64,000 nt of DNA from Mytilus trossulus (lineage: Eukaryota). Position numbers and translations under genes: made by a program. Where the stretch lies: assembly GCF_036588685.1 (NCBI RefSeq), contig NC_086376.1:3782001-3846000 (forward strand), in the 5' to 3' direction. The notes below the pieces were generated by a model. That model was given only the letters and a program-made list of their open reading frames with translations, was not told the DNA's origin and ran no database searches. This document shows, in pieces, positions 1-14,122 of this stretch. Within the stretch, counting starts at the first letter, position 1; every line of letters begins with the position of its first letter.

Positions 1-2604
1 ATGTTTCCTGGTCCTTCATTTGGTTGAAATCTAGCTGATTTTGTCAAATTTCACCAAAATCCCTGATTTTGACCTTTTTTGGATGTAAAAATCAACGTGT
101 TAGATTTAAACTTTGACAAAAACAGTTCTCTTTAACTTTCTAACATGTCTTTAAGGCAACTTAAAACATTTATTGTCTTATAACTATGAACTTTATAATT
201 GGGGCCAAATATGGCCCTTACCGAACTTACTCCTTTCAGATTCTCAGTTACGTTTTCTTTAAGCTCTGTGTTCATGTCTAAAATTAAGCATATCAATTTT
301 GACTTGCGTCTTCCTTGGAAAATGGTCCTGGTTGTTTATTGTTTTTACAAATAGTCACAAAAGAGTAATTTACCCATTATAGTTTGTTTCTGTGTGAGTT
401 GTATTTTAGTGTTGTGTTTCTGTTGTATCGTTGTTCTCCTCTTATATTTGATGTGTTCCCCTCAGTTTTAGTTTGCAACCCGGATTTGTTTTTTCCTCAA
501 TGACAGAATGTGATTGTTTATAACATGTATTTGTTTCCGTTGAAATGCATGTATATAAAATGTATGTAATATATTTCAATTATACAAGGCTGAAAGATAG
601 ACATCCCATTTTAATTACAACATTACCAAGGGTTGATTGACGTTTATAATACACATATTAATATGTTTGATACATTATAGGTTTCATTAAATTTTATTAT
701 TCATTTCATTTATTTGTCGAAAAATGTTATTTTGTGACGGTTGTACAATTTTCATACGTTTTAAAAGTTATGGAAATGAAAAATATGGAAAGTTAGCATA
801 AAGTTATATATATATGTACTTCTACAAGTGTTAAACATTATAAATATCAGTTTTAAATCCTGATACAACTCATATACAGATGATAAAGGCACTGAATTAC
901 ATGTGCATGTAAGTTGGACGACGTGTTAAAATGCCTTACACGTATTTATTTGCACTCAATTCGACAGGTTCATGATCACTTTATTATGTAAAGTATACAT
1001 TATGTATATAAGCAGGGTTGTCGAACCAGATAGAATTCACTTATATCATCGTTATTTATACCATTATAGGGGTAATTGAATATGTATTTTTGAAGGTAAT
1101 TGATAATCTGATAGGATTCAAGATTTCGTTTTGTAGTTCTAGGTTGGTGACAAATTTATGGGCACCTTTCGTAAAGATATCCAATAGATACACATCACAT
1201 AATCTTGATATTACATATTAACATAATAATAAAACAATCCATCAAATCATTTGTATACACAGTTCAGACGATGGGTTTATCTTAAAATGTAAATACGTCT
1301 TCTGTTAAGAAACAATTTCAACTGAATAATTTTTTTTTAACTTTCACCAATCGCCTGTTCAAAAAGATTATCTTGAACTACATTTCAGTTGCATATTTCG
1401 GTGGTAAAATATCTGATAAGCCGATTGCATCTTTTCATCGAACCATGAAACAGAAAGGACCTAAAGTTAAAGTTATTAAGAAATGATTGAACAATTTATC
1501 TATTTCAACGTAGCAGAGAGATAATCATCAATTGTTTCTTCAGAAGAGATCGTTATGTTTGATAATTAAGGCTATAATAATGCCAATCTACCTCTTATTC
1601 TTTTACATGTGCTCGCCAGTTGTTGATATATCTGTTCTTGATCTTCATAATTCCATGTTAGAAAATCCTAAGCATAATAATAAAATGAATATTGGTGAAC
1701 AGATAAGATTCTTATTTCCGGAATATATTACTTTATTTAATGTTATTGTAACTGGAAGTTATAACGTTTATGTCTTTGCTTATTGATTTGTAAACTTTTA
1801 TGAATCGACATTAACGCCCCTAGTTCCTCAGATTCTCTACCATTAAAAAATGGCAGCTTTATAGTATTGGAAAACCACTGAAACATTGTAATCAAAACAT
1901 AATACATTTTGGTTTTAATCGTTGGGGTCTCACTGACGTTCACCCTATATCCTCTTTTATTCATTTGATCGTGGTTTATCAAGTCGGGAATATAATTGCT
2001 TTCCATTCGTTTTATATACTTCAGTTTTGTTATTATCTTCGATAATAGAATTGCCGATATGAATTTTACTCGGAGGTTGTTTTTTTTTTACTTTTTACTA
2101 ATCAAAACAGATCTTGAAAGACATAAAAGTAAATCAACATGTCACATACAACAAGTCGTTCATTATTTATTTGAATATATTCACTGGTGAACATCAAGCT
2201 CCGTTCAGACAATTCGCTTCCAATCGATACAGAATACATGACATTAACCTGTTCAACATATACTCTTCAGTAATATGAGGTAATACTTGGCGTATAATTT
2301 CCCAATAGAGGATTAATGTACCTTGGAAAACAATGCTCGACATGAAGATTGGTCAATATTATGCTAACAATTTCACGAAATTGTCTTTTTTCTTTTTTCT
2401 TTTTTTCTTTTCTAATTTATTAAATTGTCAAAAATTGCCAGAATCGGCCATTCTTTCAATATCCGTTTGGGTAATCAACACATGGAAATTCTTTAGAAAG
2501 ATAAAAGACATTATGATTGACTAGCTCAAGTACCCATTTTCTTTTGTTAAAAGTCAACACAATTTGTCAAGTCGCTTTTTGTAAATGACACAATTGGTTT
2601 TAAA

Positions 2605-4745
2605 TAAAGGCAACAGTAGTATACCGCTGTTCAAAACTCACAAATCCATGGACAAAAAACAAAATCGGGGCAACAAACCAAAACAGAGGGAAACGCACCA
2701 AATATAAGAGGAGAACAAGGACACAACACCGAAACGCAACACACACAGAAACGGACCAAGCATCAGACAAAACACCACGAGAATAACAAATATAACATGA
2801 AAACTAAATACATGAATTTGGGATAGACAAGTACCGTGCCACGTCTTATCTCAATATCTCAAAAGTAAGAGAAAACACAAACGACTCAACGTTAAAATGC
2901 AACACACACAGAAACGAACAATAATATAACAATGGCCATCTTCCTGACTTGGTACATGACACTTTTAAAGGGGAATAAAAGTGGTGGGTTGAACCTGGTT
3001 TTGTGGCATGCCAAACCTCGCACTTTAATGGCAAAGTTAAATATAACATTGAAATGACAACATAATATTACAGGACTACAATACAAATAAATAGAACATA
3101 TTAGACAAAGAAAAACATGATTAATAGATAACAAAAAGCATCAGGTTTAAAATTCAATACGCAAAAAACGCGCCTTGTCCACACAAGACTCACCAGTGAC
3201 GCCCAGATATAAAAGATCGAAAGTGAAAAGCACTGAAGATCAAAAGTTGAAAATGTTTCGCCAAATACGGCATTGTTTTTATGCCCGGGATAAGAACATT
3301 CTTATTATATAGAACAATTCATGCTATTGCAAACAGTAAATTTTATCAAATGAATATGAAAGAGATATACATAAAGAAAATGAAGTATTAACTAATTACA
3401 GAAAACTAAACCCGAATACATAATGCTTAGTTTATCACAGAATAGACACACCCGAATCAGTCCAGGCGTCAACGTAATTAAAAAAATGTGACGTCACATA
3501 CGATGGCGAAAAGGCACAAACGTTATGCCACATTTGAATTTATGAAATTTAGAAACAGCATGACGTCACATATGAAAAATTATCATTCAAAAGTGAGATA
3601 GAATTAGGATTGATTTAAGATTGTATTAGAACTAAATACTGATAATTCATTTAAACAAAATGCATATTGCAATACTTATTAATAGCAATTAACTGTAATA
3701 TATATATATATGTCCAGTTTGTTATGAATCTAACTTCAAACGTAAATAATCGTACAAAATTTAATATCATTAATAAAGAGGCGGTGATTAATTTTTCTAT
3801 CAGTAACACCTAAATATAAAAAAAGACGTCAACACATTTGACAAAATCCGATGAGAATTACAAATATAACATTAAACAAGTAAACTAAATACATGAATTT
3901 CGGATAAACAAGTACAGAAACACGTCTTATAGTAATGCGAATTCACATTCAGCAAAACAGTCACAATCGGGAATAAGTCACGTTTGGTAATTCAAAGATT
4001 AGACGACATAATGACAAACCATAATCTACCATGTGGTAAAAATGTCCTTAGCTGGTTTGGTTAAAGAGACATCATATGGATCCGCTAATTCGTGATGGTG
4101 TCCATAAAATTTACGGAGTGTCAATTTTAATCTGTCCTCCTCGTAACTTTGTTGGAGCAGTTTCTGCGTAAGGAGCACACTCCTGTATATGAAGTCCGTA
4201 TAGTGTGAACAAGCACGTGAATAACGTATCAATTATGATATGTAAACACCATACGAAGGGGCAGAGGGTATGTTACTGCTGTGAAATGGGAAATTGATAA
4301 TTGGGAAGTTGAAATCGTCCCGTTTATCATAGATTTTCGTGTGAAGTCGTCCATATACGTCAATATTGAGGAAAAGATCAAGGTATGAAGCAGTCCTTCT
4401 AGTATCAGTAGTATCCCTAATTTCAAGTTCACTGGGATATATGAGATGTAAGTATTGGCTAAAGTATGGGTTGTTCAATGATAAAACATCATCAATATAT
4501 CGGAAAGTAAAATTAAAGAATTTCGCAAGGTGCTGTTTCTTTTTGTCTTTTAGAAGGTTCTGAATAAATTCTGCTTCATACGAATACAAAAACAAATCAG
4601 CCAGCAGGGGTGCACAGTTAGTACCCATTGGAATACCGACTGTCTGTTGAAATATAAGTCCTCCAAACTCAACAAATATATTGTTGATCAAAAAGTCCAG
4701 CATTTTAATAATATCATCTTCAGTACATGTTCTAGTTCTTTTAAG
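2605..4745 (-). mobile_element. 5'-truncated Penelope-like element: RT fragment (4745-4026) plus 3'/pLTR region with a degenerate hammerhead (~3160-3205)
   Basis: QTVGIPMGTNCAPLLADLFLYSYE, FRYIDDVL and KIYDKRDDFNF; in-frame stop at 4233; duplicated 3' segments (~2755-2850 vs ~3835-3930). Confidence 0.85.
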
Positions 4746-6596
4746 TTTGCACATTTGTTTTGCAAATTATTTGCATTAAGCATAGACAGTAAAAAAAATG
4801 TTTTCAATCGTTTTCGAACAAAGAATCAGTATAAACGTAGTACGTCTTTATCCATAGTCTTTATTCTATATTTTAAAGGCAGTATTCATATCCCTTGCAT
4901 CCACTCCGTCGAACTGACATGAACAGAAAATATTATGGAGTCTATAATTATATAAAGAAAGACAACAGAAGTATATCGATGTTCAATAGTCATAAATTGA
5001 TTAAGCAAATACGAACCCAGGTCTCACACCAAAACGGGAAAAAACTCAAAACTTTTGTATAATAAAATTGATCCTTAATATTAAGGAGTATATGCTTCAC
5101 TGGTTGGTGTCATCTTCTAACCGGTCTGCAAATAGACTGGACTGATCTTGATTCACCACAAGCGAATCCTCTTTTGTCAATGTAATGTAACTATGAACGA
5201 CTGTCCTACAAGTGAGATGTTAATAGTTATCAAAGGTACCAGTATTATGATTTAATACGCTCGTTCGTCTTCACAAGACTCATCAGTGGCGTTCAAATCA
5301 AAACAGTTCTAAAGACAAACAAGTACAAAGTTGAAGAGCATTGAGGACTTAAAATTCTAAAAAGTTGTACCAAATACGACTACGATAATCTATATATAAC
5401 TGGGTTAAGAAAATCCTTAGTTTTTCGAAAAAATCAAAGATTTGTTACTGGAAATTTATAAAAATGACCATATAATTGATATTCATGTCAACACCGAAGT
5501 GCTGACTACTAAGCTGGTGATACTCTCGGTTTAAGCTAGATATCAAACCAGGTTTCGTTTACATTTTCCAAGTACCAAGTCAGTTGTTTTTCATTTATTC
5601 CGTTGGTTCATTTAGGCCAACGTTTGAATTGTCAAGTTTATGGACTCCCTCGTTTTAAATACCGGTACAGCTTTTAATTCGGTATTATTATTAAAAAAAA
5701 ATCCCGAAAACAGAGCCACATTTACTCTTGCATTTGTTTTATACTTTTCGAAATGAGTACTTTTTTATATCGCAATTACTGTGGAGTTATTGTGATGTAT
5801 TTTCAAAAGAGATGAGGATTTTTTTTAGATTGTGTATCACATCAATGTGTCATCACAGCATCGCAAGTTAATGTTTCTGTAGCAATCATTCATTTGTGAT
5901 CTTGTAAATTGCAGAAATATTATAATAAAAGTGACATTGTCTGATTAAAAAGAATAAATAAGAAGCATTATTATACAAAATGCATATGTTGAAGAAAAAA
6001 ATTGAAGCAATACTTAATAAATTTCATACGCCCAAAATGTTTTCTGGATTTAACTCCATCAGGAACACTCAAAGTCGAATACTCGAAAGCTGGATATATA
6101 AAACCGAAAGAATTCAAGAGCCATATAAAAGGACCTATACAGTTTACTGTATATAGGTGATTGTTTACATTTTTATAGACACTATCAATCTGTTAATCTT
6201 TCAAGTAGCTGTACAATTACATTTTATGTAGACAATTAATGTGTGTGTTTTGTTGTGTCTGTTTATGTCGGCGCACAATTTATGTTCAAATCTCGAATCA
6301 CAGAAATACTTTTTATACCCTCGATCGATTCTTAAAATTATCGTTAAGGCTTAGGAAAAGTCAATAGTTGTATTTCTGTTATTGTTTATACATGTTTCCT
6401 TGCATTCTTACCATAACTTCTATTAAAAACAACTTTCAGATCATTCAATACGTCTTCAAGGGCATATTTCTTTGGCTCTGCTGTTTATTTGTCAAGTAAC
6501 TTCGTATATCGCGATGCTGACATTATGACAAAATATGCTAATGTGTTTAACAGATAATTTTGGAATTAATTTGCTGGAACGTGGCCATCTACTGAA

Positions 6597-6659
6597 ATGT
6601 ACTTTAAGCAAAGTTATTTGTTGTACTGTTCATATCTATCTGCACTAGGGTTCCTGCAG
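6597..6659 (+). CDS. Candidate first coding exon (signal peptide) of the ADAMTS-like gene
   Basis: ATG-initiated MYFKQSYLLYCSYLSALGFLQ ends at a phase-0 donor CAG|GTTAGG. There is an upstream acceptor ttaacag at 6553. The phase is compatible with exon 13995. Confidence 0.45.
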
Positions 6660-7506
6660 GTTAGGCGTCTGAAAAATTGAATTATTAAGTTGTTATATTC
6701 AAATAATTGCTAATAACATCCTTAGAGGATAATATAAAAATGTAAACAAAGACTTAGCTATTCTTTATAAAAAGATATATAGCTCTAGACGTTGGTTATG
6801 GTGACATTGAGCATATGAATAAGAAGTTTTTAAGTAATGATTTGACGTTTTATTTTTTATAATATTTCTTTACATTGTACATATAGAAGTCATCCCAGCT
6901 TGTCGTAAGACACTTGTAAATCAAACATTCTTGATCGTGCACATTTTATAAAGTCAAGACCGCAACTCAAAATAGGTTTGTCACATTTTGTCTAGCTATT
7001 TTATTTTCTACTTTGATTAATCTTCTAGTCTTTAAAGCTCTCCTAGATCTTTCTTTCCTATGGCTACATACATTCTTACTAAGCAGACCTTTTTCCAAGT
7101 CCGGAATATGACAGTGTTATCCATTATATAAAAAAGAAGATGTGGTATGAATGCCAATGAGACAACTATCCACAAAAGACCAAAATGACACAAACATTAA
7201 CAATTATAGGTCATCATTAGTTTGATGTGTTTGAGCTTATCATTTTATCATTTGCTTAGGGTTTTTCCTTTTAGAATTTTCCTCGGAGTTCGGTATTTTA
7301 CATTTTTCTAGTTGGTGATTGGTAATTCGTTCATCTTTTTAAGGCATCTGTTAATTTACTGTTATCTAGGGCTATTTCAAATTCCTCGCATATTTTTCAC
7401 AGTCTCTTCCTTTTCATATTGATTATTTGTCTTTTGTTTTCTTTAACATGAAAAACAAATAAAAGGATATAGTTATAGTAATAAAATTAATGGTACCAAT
7501 TTTCTT

Positions 7507-7550
7507 GCACCAGATGCGCATTTCGACAATACATGTCTCTTCAGTGATGC
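7507..7550 (-). ncRNA. Minimal type I hammerhead ribozyme, second family
   Basis: Reverse complement reads gcauca-CUGAAGA-gaca(uguau)uguc-GAA-augcgcau-C-uggugc. Confidence 0.8.
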
Positions 7551-10229
7551 TCGCGGCCAAAATATTTGAAATCCAAAGCTTAAATAAAAGATGAAGAGCT
7601 ATAATCCAAAAGGCGCGAGTGTACGCCATGTTACTACCAATTAACACCAGATTCATTTAGTAATTGTCAGATAAAAAAGTAAGAAGAATACGAAGAAAAA
7701 CGTTTCTTGGATCATTATAGTTTTGCACATCAACTGCACATTTTACATAAAAACATTGCTTATACAAATAAAGGCACATTTATTTTACTTATCGTCGAGG
7801 TGCCCATTTAAAGGCAGATAAAAAGTATAACAAATATATCTTAAAAAAACAATAATGATTTTATGGATTATATAAAAACACGCAACTATATACTATATAT
7901 TTGTATTACAAACACCCTCTATTCAATATTTATTAGTATCTTTTCCGTAACTATGAATAAAAATAAGAAGATTTGGTAAAAATACCAATGAGACAATTCG
8001 CCATCTTAGACTATGTTACATAGAACATACAACAGAACAGCCTTCAACAGTGAGCAAAACCAACACTGCACTGTCAGCTATAAAATACCCCGAAATGACA
8101 AATGTACTACAATTCATATGAGCAAACTAGCGGCCTGATTTATGAAAAAAATACATGAATGAAAAACAAATATGATATCCACAACAAATATATGGTGTAT
8201 GAGAATACAGATCTTTAATTAATTCATATAAAAACGTTTAAACACAGACATGTACATGTAGTCTGATTTTAAATAAGTCCCAGCTATCGTTTGTTACAGA
8301 AGTTCAATTTACAAATGATTAATGACAACGATTACTTGTCAGTAGAAACATCGTTATTGTCATCTTAGTTTATTATGTAATGAAAAGATTATATGCGAAC
8401 ATAATTAAAGTATTATTACATTTTATACTGATAGATAGTTTAAGGGAAATGAAATAAAACTGTATTAAAGAACTTATTTGAATCATGTATGTAAGGTGTC
8501 AGTTATCATACGATGTCGATCGTATGATGTCCCTCCAAACACTGTGTAATACATTCAGCTATTTCAATTAACCAAACTGACAGGAAATAGATCTTTATTA
8601 ATTCCCCATCATTTTTAACTCTAAGCTATTAGACATAGACTTTTTTCTATTTAAATGACCTGACAAAAAAAAGCGATCAAATAACTATATTTCCTACATC
8701 TTCAATTTATTTTAAAGCAAAGATGCGACGATTAAAAAAAATAATCCTTTTAATAATATTTTTTATCTAAGCACAATTTCATTTCATGTTGACTCGCTTT
8801 AAACACGCTCACCCTGTCGATGCGTGTGTTGTTCTTTTTGTAGTTCATGCGTTTTCTCGGGGTGTGTCTGTTTGTAACATTAGTTTCATACCTCTTTTTT
8901 TACCTGTATCAGGCCAAACCTGTTCAACTTCGGACTTCAGTTTGTCTATTGAATTTATTTTATTAGAGCTTCGCTGATGAATTTTTTGTAGACGTAACGC
9001 GCGTTTGGCGCTCACAATTTAAATACTAGCACTTATGCTCAGTTTATCGATGATAAGTTTATTTGATCTCTGATAAGTTTATTTTATCTATGATTAGTTT
9101 ATTGTATCCTTGATAAAATTATTTACAACCACTAGGTCGATGCGACTGCTGGTGGATGTTTCTTCCGGATGGATCATCCGCCTAGTAGTCAGCTCGTCTT
9201 TTGACATGAAATCTATGATATGGTCGTAATCATAAATTAACTGTTTAAATAAATTTAGATTATTAAAAAAACTAAGGAGTGTGTAACCCAGGAATAGATT
9301 ACTTTAGATGTATTTGTCAAAATCTTTCGTAATTTTGGGTCATCAGTGCTCTTCAAATGCTTGCTTCCCTCGGTCTATTTAACGTTTTTATCATAAGAGC
9401 GCCTTTCGTGAGTCTTTTGTAGACAAATCGTCTTCCGTGATAGCTTTTAAGTCTGAAATCTGTGATGAGACTACAGTTTGCCAACATACACATCAGCAAA
9501 TATGCTGGACTGGCGGCATTGGGAAAGCCATTCATAATTGACTGAGATTGCCGCCAGCTAATTTTAGTAAGCGTTGTTGTTTATTCTACTAGAACTGCAC
9601 TTTGATGTCTGAATTACGTAAGACTTATGTTATTAATGTTCCATTGCGTATGATTGGGACAAGTAGCGCATGAGTCCTCCAACCACTAATCAGCTGAAGG
9701 ACGCCTCCGGGTGCGGGAATTTTTCGTTACATTGAAGACCTGTTGGTGACCTTCTGCTGTTGTTTTTTCTATGGTCGGGTTGTTGTCTCTTTGATACATT
9801 CCCCATTTCCATTCTCAATTTTATTAGATCATTTTTTTCAGGAATTGGCATCGTTAACTTTTCAGCTCTATTTAAGATGTCTCAATGTACGAATGTTACT
9901 ACACTTGTAGTCCCTATTGTTGATTAAAGGCTTCAGTCGTACAAATGTTTCAGACCTAACTTGCTACTTTTGGTAAGTGTTGTCTGATGGTTCAGGAATG
10001 TGCAACATTATTCGCTTCTTATAACTTACAATATTATAAATTAATATAACCCTTTATTGATTGTTGTATAACGAACTATCATGTAATGTCGAAATCTTAC
10101 AGAGTTATTATATATTGTTTTGTCTGGATGAATTTGGCGAGCCCATATTAGTCAATGAATTGCAATGGTATTTACATGTACTTGTATAGTATGATGAATT
10201 ATCGTCATATTAAATTTGGTTTTTGACAG

Positions 10230-10256
10230 ATTGTTTTGCCAAACTTATACGAATTT
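10230..10256 (+). CDS. Candidate 27-nt micro-exon (IVLPNLYEF) of the ADAMTS-like gene
   Basis: ttttgacag|ATT...TTT|gtaaat, phase 0-0. It would complete the signal peptide (…GFLQ-IVLP-NLYEF-RNAH…). The donor is weak. Confidence 0.3.
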
Positions 10257-13200
10257 GTAAATATATGAAATGATATTGAAAATGAGGGACTCAAATGAAT
10301 TAAAACACATAAACGCTACAGTTCCAGTTTAAGTATCTATATTCAAGGAAACCTCTCCTCTCTAAAATAGGAAAAAAGATATAAAAAATATTATTATATA
10401 TAAAACTGAAAAAGTCTATGACTTGCATTATCATACTTTTGTCGACATTCATTCGTTTGTAAAAGTTTATGCAGAAATAAGCGCGATACAAAACCAGGTC
10501 CGGCCCACCATTTTTTCATAAAATGTCCTGTACCAAGTCAGGAAAATGGCCATTATTACATTATAGTTCGTTTCTATGTGTTTTACATTTAGGTGTTGTG
10601 TCTCTATTGTGTCGTAGTTCTCTTATATTTGATACGTTTCCCTCAGTTTTAGTTTGTTACCCGGAATTTGCTGTTTCGATTTGTGAATTTTTGAACAGCG
10701 GTATACTACTGCTGCTTTTATTTATACAAAGGTATAATTATATAACATATAACATTGAAATTGAATTATTATTTCTGTTGATATTTCTACTATGTTGTAT
10801 AAAGTTTATAAATGCCTCATATCCTACTAAAATCCTATACATACAGGCTAATTATTTTTTGGATATTTGAATTAAAAATGAATAAAATTAATTAAACGAA
10901 ACACCAACAAAACTTTAATCGTACAGTATTATAGTAATTTACTAATAAAGGAAATCTGGACTTATAATATTAAGATTTTACATTGTATCAAATTCTAGAA
11001 ACTTAAGCATTTTCCCATGTCGATATGATTGTGAGTCAGTATAGTATACCTTTAACTGTTAACCACAGGGGACTTCTCTCTTTACGTGTTTACAAATTAC
11101 TACATAATTACACCTTCATCAATCTTTCTCAAATGACCTGTGAATATTACTACATCTTGTTAGCTACAGAAGGTGAAATAATTAGTTGTAAACTCTGACA
11201 ATTTAAAGGTCAGTTCTTTGATATTGTTTCTCCATCGTCTACATGCTATACGTCTTTACATATACTTTAATTTAGACTACATCATTAACTGTCAAATGCA
11301 TATTCAGTTGTTCACGTATGACTACATGTATCTTAGTTTTCAGCCATACTTCGTATTACATGTATCATAGGTCGTGAGAAAGAGTATGTATATAAATGAC
11401 TAAGTGCTTTTAACAAAACGCCTTTGAAGAAAATATTTCTGAATGTTTACACTTATTTGTTTCATTGTCAAGCATTTTCATAGGTCAGTGTTTTATCCAA
11501 AATGCCACTTTAATAACACAATAATTCAATTCGATATATTAAGCGCATTTTTTAAAACATCATCTTCGATGTTGGTTTGTTTTACTTTTAACAGTGTGTC
11601 GACAATCGATAGTACTTTTCGGCAAATCCATTTTGTTGACAGTTATTAAAGAGAGGCAAAAGATACCAAAGGAAACTCATTTGTTGACAATAAAATTACA
11701 ATGCGATGTAAAAAACAAAATGCGTTCAAAAACAAAAGGCATCAACGGTATACAAAACACAGCCTACATGTATATGTCAAACTAAAATCATAAAGATGGA
11801 AATCTTGACAGCTTATTTTTACTTCTTCTGTTGAAGAATTGTTTCAGTAGGAGAGGTTTCTCAGAAAACGATTTTTAAAAAAGTTAAATTTCTTAAATAC
11901 TGCTGTGTCTTGATTTTGAGTGTATCTCACCACAGTGTGTCCAGTTTGATCACAAGAATCAAATTGTAATTTGATAAGAATTTTGAATGAGCTGTAATTG
12001 GTGGAGAAAACAATTACGATCAAGTGAAAATATCAAACGAATACAAATATATCAGTATAGTAAAGTTTGTGTATATGTAGTTTCTCGTTGATCAGCTTTT
12101 CGCCACTTACTGTGTCAATAAGAATATTTGTGTTTCTTTATTATATATTAATTAACTAGTTTTCATATTGATTAAGATTATAATATAATGCAGACTGCTG
12201 TACCCCAATTTTTTTTTATTTCTACCTATGATGTCTGTTTGTTTTGTTCACACATCGTTGTCAATATTACGGAATTGTACGCGACTGTCAGACAATTGAG
12301 AGGTTTATTTAGCTTTAATACCATGTTTAATCAACCGTTTTCGACAGAAGAACATGTCTGTAACAAGTCAGGCATATGACAATTATTATCCATTTTTTTT
12401 ATGTTATTGTGCTTTTGATTTTGCCATTTGATTTAGGACTTTTCGTTTGAATTTTCCACTGCGGTCGGTACTTTTGTGAATTCACTTTTAACTGTATAGT
12501 TTAAGATTGGTCCGATGATTATTCCTCCTAAATTTTAAAGTAAAAAAAAAGAAGAATGAAATAGAAAAAAGTGTACATTTCTATTTTTAGATTCTGATAA
12601 AAGGCAACGTGAACTAACGATAGCAGAGCTAAGTGTATAATCACATAATGCCTATAATTATATAATAAAAATGTCACACTTTTTTGTTGCGTAACTTTAA
12701 CATAATGAAATAAACGATCATGAGGTTTCTCACGCTTTCGTAATATAAATGAGTTACTAATGAGTGTTCTTCAGGTAATGCCTTTGAGATAATTCCAGAC
12801 ATTCCAGGGTAGATATTTAATTTGTATGACTTTGTATTATAAATGAATATTCAATGGTTTCGTATTTGTGATGGGTGTAAATTGGCCCTGATGCAGAATC
12901 GGTGTCGTCATCAACCAGATGATTTATAAGAATAATTAAAAGATTTGTGTGATATACATGTACGACAAAGAAACGACAAAATAACCAACTGATGTACATT
13001 TACGTCAATAAGATGACTAAATAACAAAACGACATTGAGAGGGCAAAAAACAGACTTCAAAGTAGACCTTTACACATGAAATTCTTTAAATATATACCAA
13101 ATCAGGGCTTTGACTCTGAATTAATAGTTCAGTGAAGATACAAAGTGGTCATTGGGGGATTCGAAATTTTGACAGTTACTTACATAGGTTAAAATCATAT

Positions 13201-13994
13201 GGTACGGCTTGTTCTTACTCGGAGGCTTGGTAAATTTAAAAATATGTACTCTTAACGCGAAAAAAAGTCCAACATTTTAATAAGACGTAAAAATGGATAT
13301 GATCACAGCGCAATTTTTAGTGGCGCCATCACGAATAATTTACTGACAACGTTCTAATTAGCTCGTGTTCCTAGAAAAAAAACTTTTTAAATCTATGTCC
13401 AACTGCGTGTTTGACGCGTGCACAACACTCAACTGTTTTCAGCAAGTAATTTCTGGTTTATGCAGGTTCTTTCTCTTCAAAATTGTTTCTAAACACGAGT
13501 GATATATTGCATCTTGTGTATATGTAACTGAAGATGTTTATTATGTCTATTATTATTTTATCACTGCATGTAGAGCTTAATGATATATGTTCTACATGTA
13601 TGTATGTACCTACTTGTATAAAATTAAAAATTACGATGGAAAATAACGTTCGTTTACAAAATTTTGTTAAGTCCTATCTTTATTGATAGTGCAGCAGTTT
13701 CTTTTTTTTTCAGTTTTTAGTAACATTTGAATATTTTTTAAGTATTGTAAAAGTGACATTTTTGCCTATTATTGAAGTATTTGAAAATCAATAAATATTG
13801 CTATAGTTTCCTCAACGGTCTTGTATGATTTTTGTTTCGACATCAGATCTTTGGTATCTCTGAATAATTAACAATTTCAAAGAAGAATCCATGTGTCCGT
13901 ATCAAAGATATCTAAGATATGTGTAAAAGGCCAAAATCCAACTATGGAAACTCCTTGTACAAAATGTTTCTATTTTTTATGTATTTGTTTTTAG

Positions 13995-14122
13995 AGAAAT
14001 GCTCATCGGCGGCATAATAACCATTTAGACTGGAGTGGGTGGACGGAATGGTCGTCATGTACGGCTCAATGTGGAACTGGTGCCACGTACAGAGAAAGAC
14101 ACTGCATAGACCGACGAATGAG
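13995..14122 (+). CDS. ADAMTSL exon: N-terminal TSP1 (first half)
   Basis: [37 protein letters not shown] contains the WxxWxxWSxC TSP1 motif. Acceptor ttag and donor gtaggt. Confidence 0.9.

Noticed and set aside
1018-2524. Short ORFs 1018-2524 and similar 60-120 aa ORFs in introns and repeats (e.g. 10523, 19263, 28841, 46015, 57392)
   Set aside because: No domain motifs; explained by AT-rich chance or by translation of dispersed repeats
1-13994. Metalloprotease exons that would make the gene a true ADAMTS protease
   Set aside because: No HExxHxxGxxHD or other protease-like exon was found by eye; exons outside the window cannot be excluded
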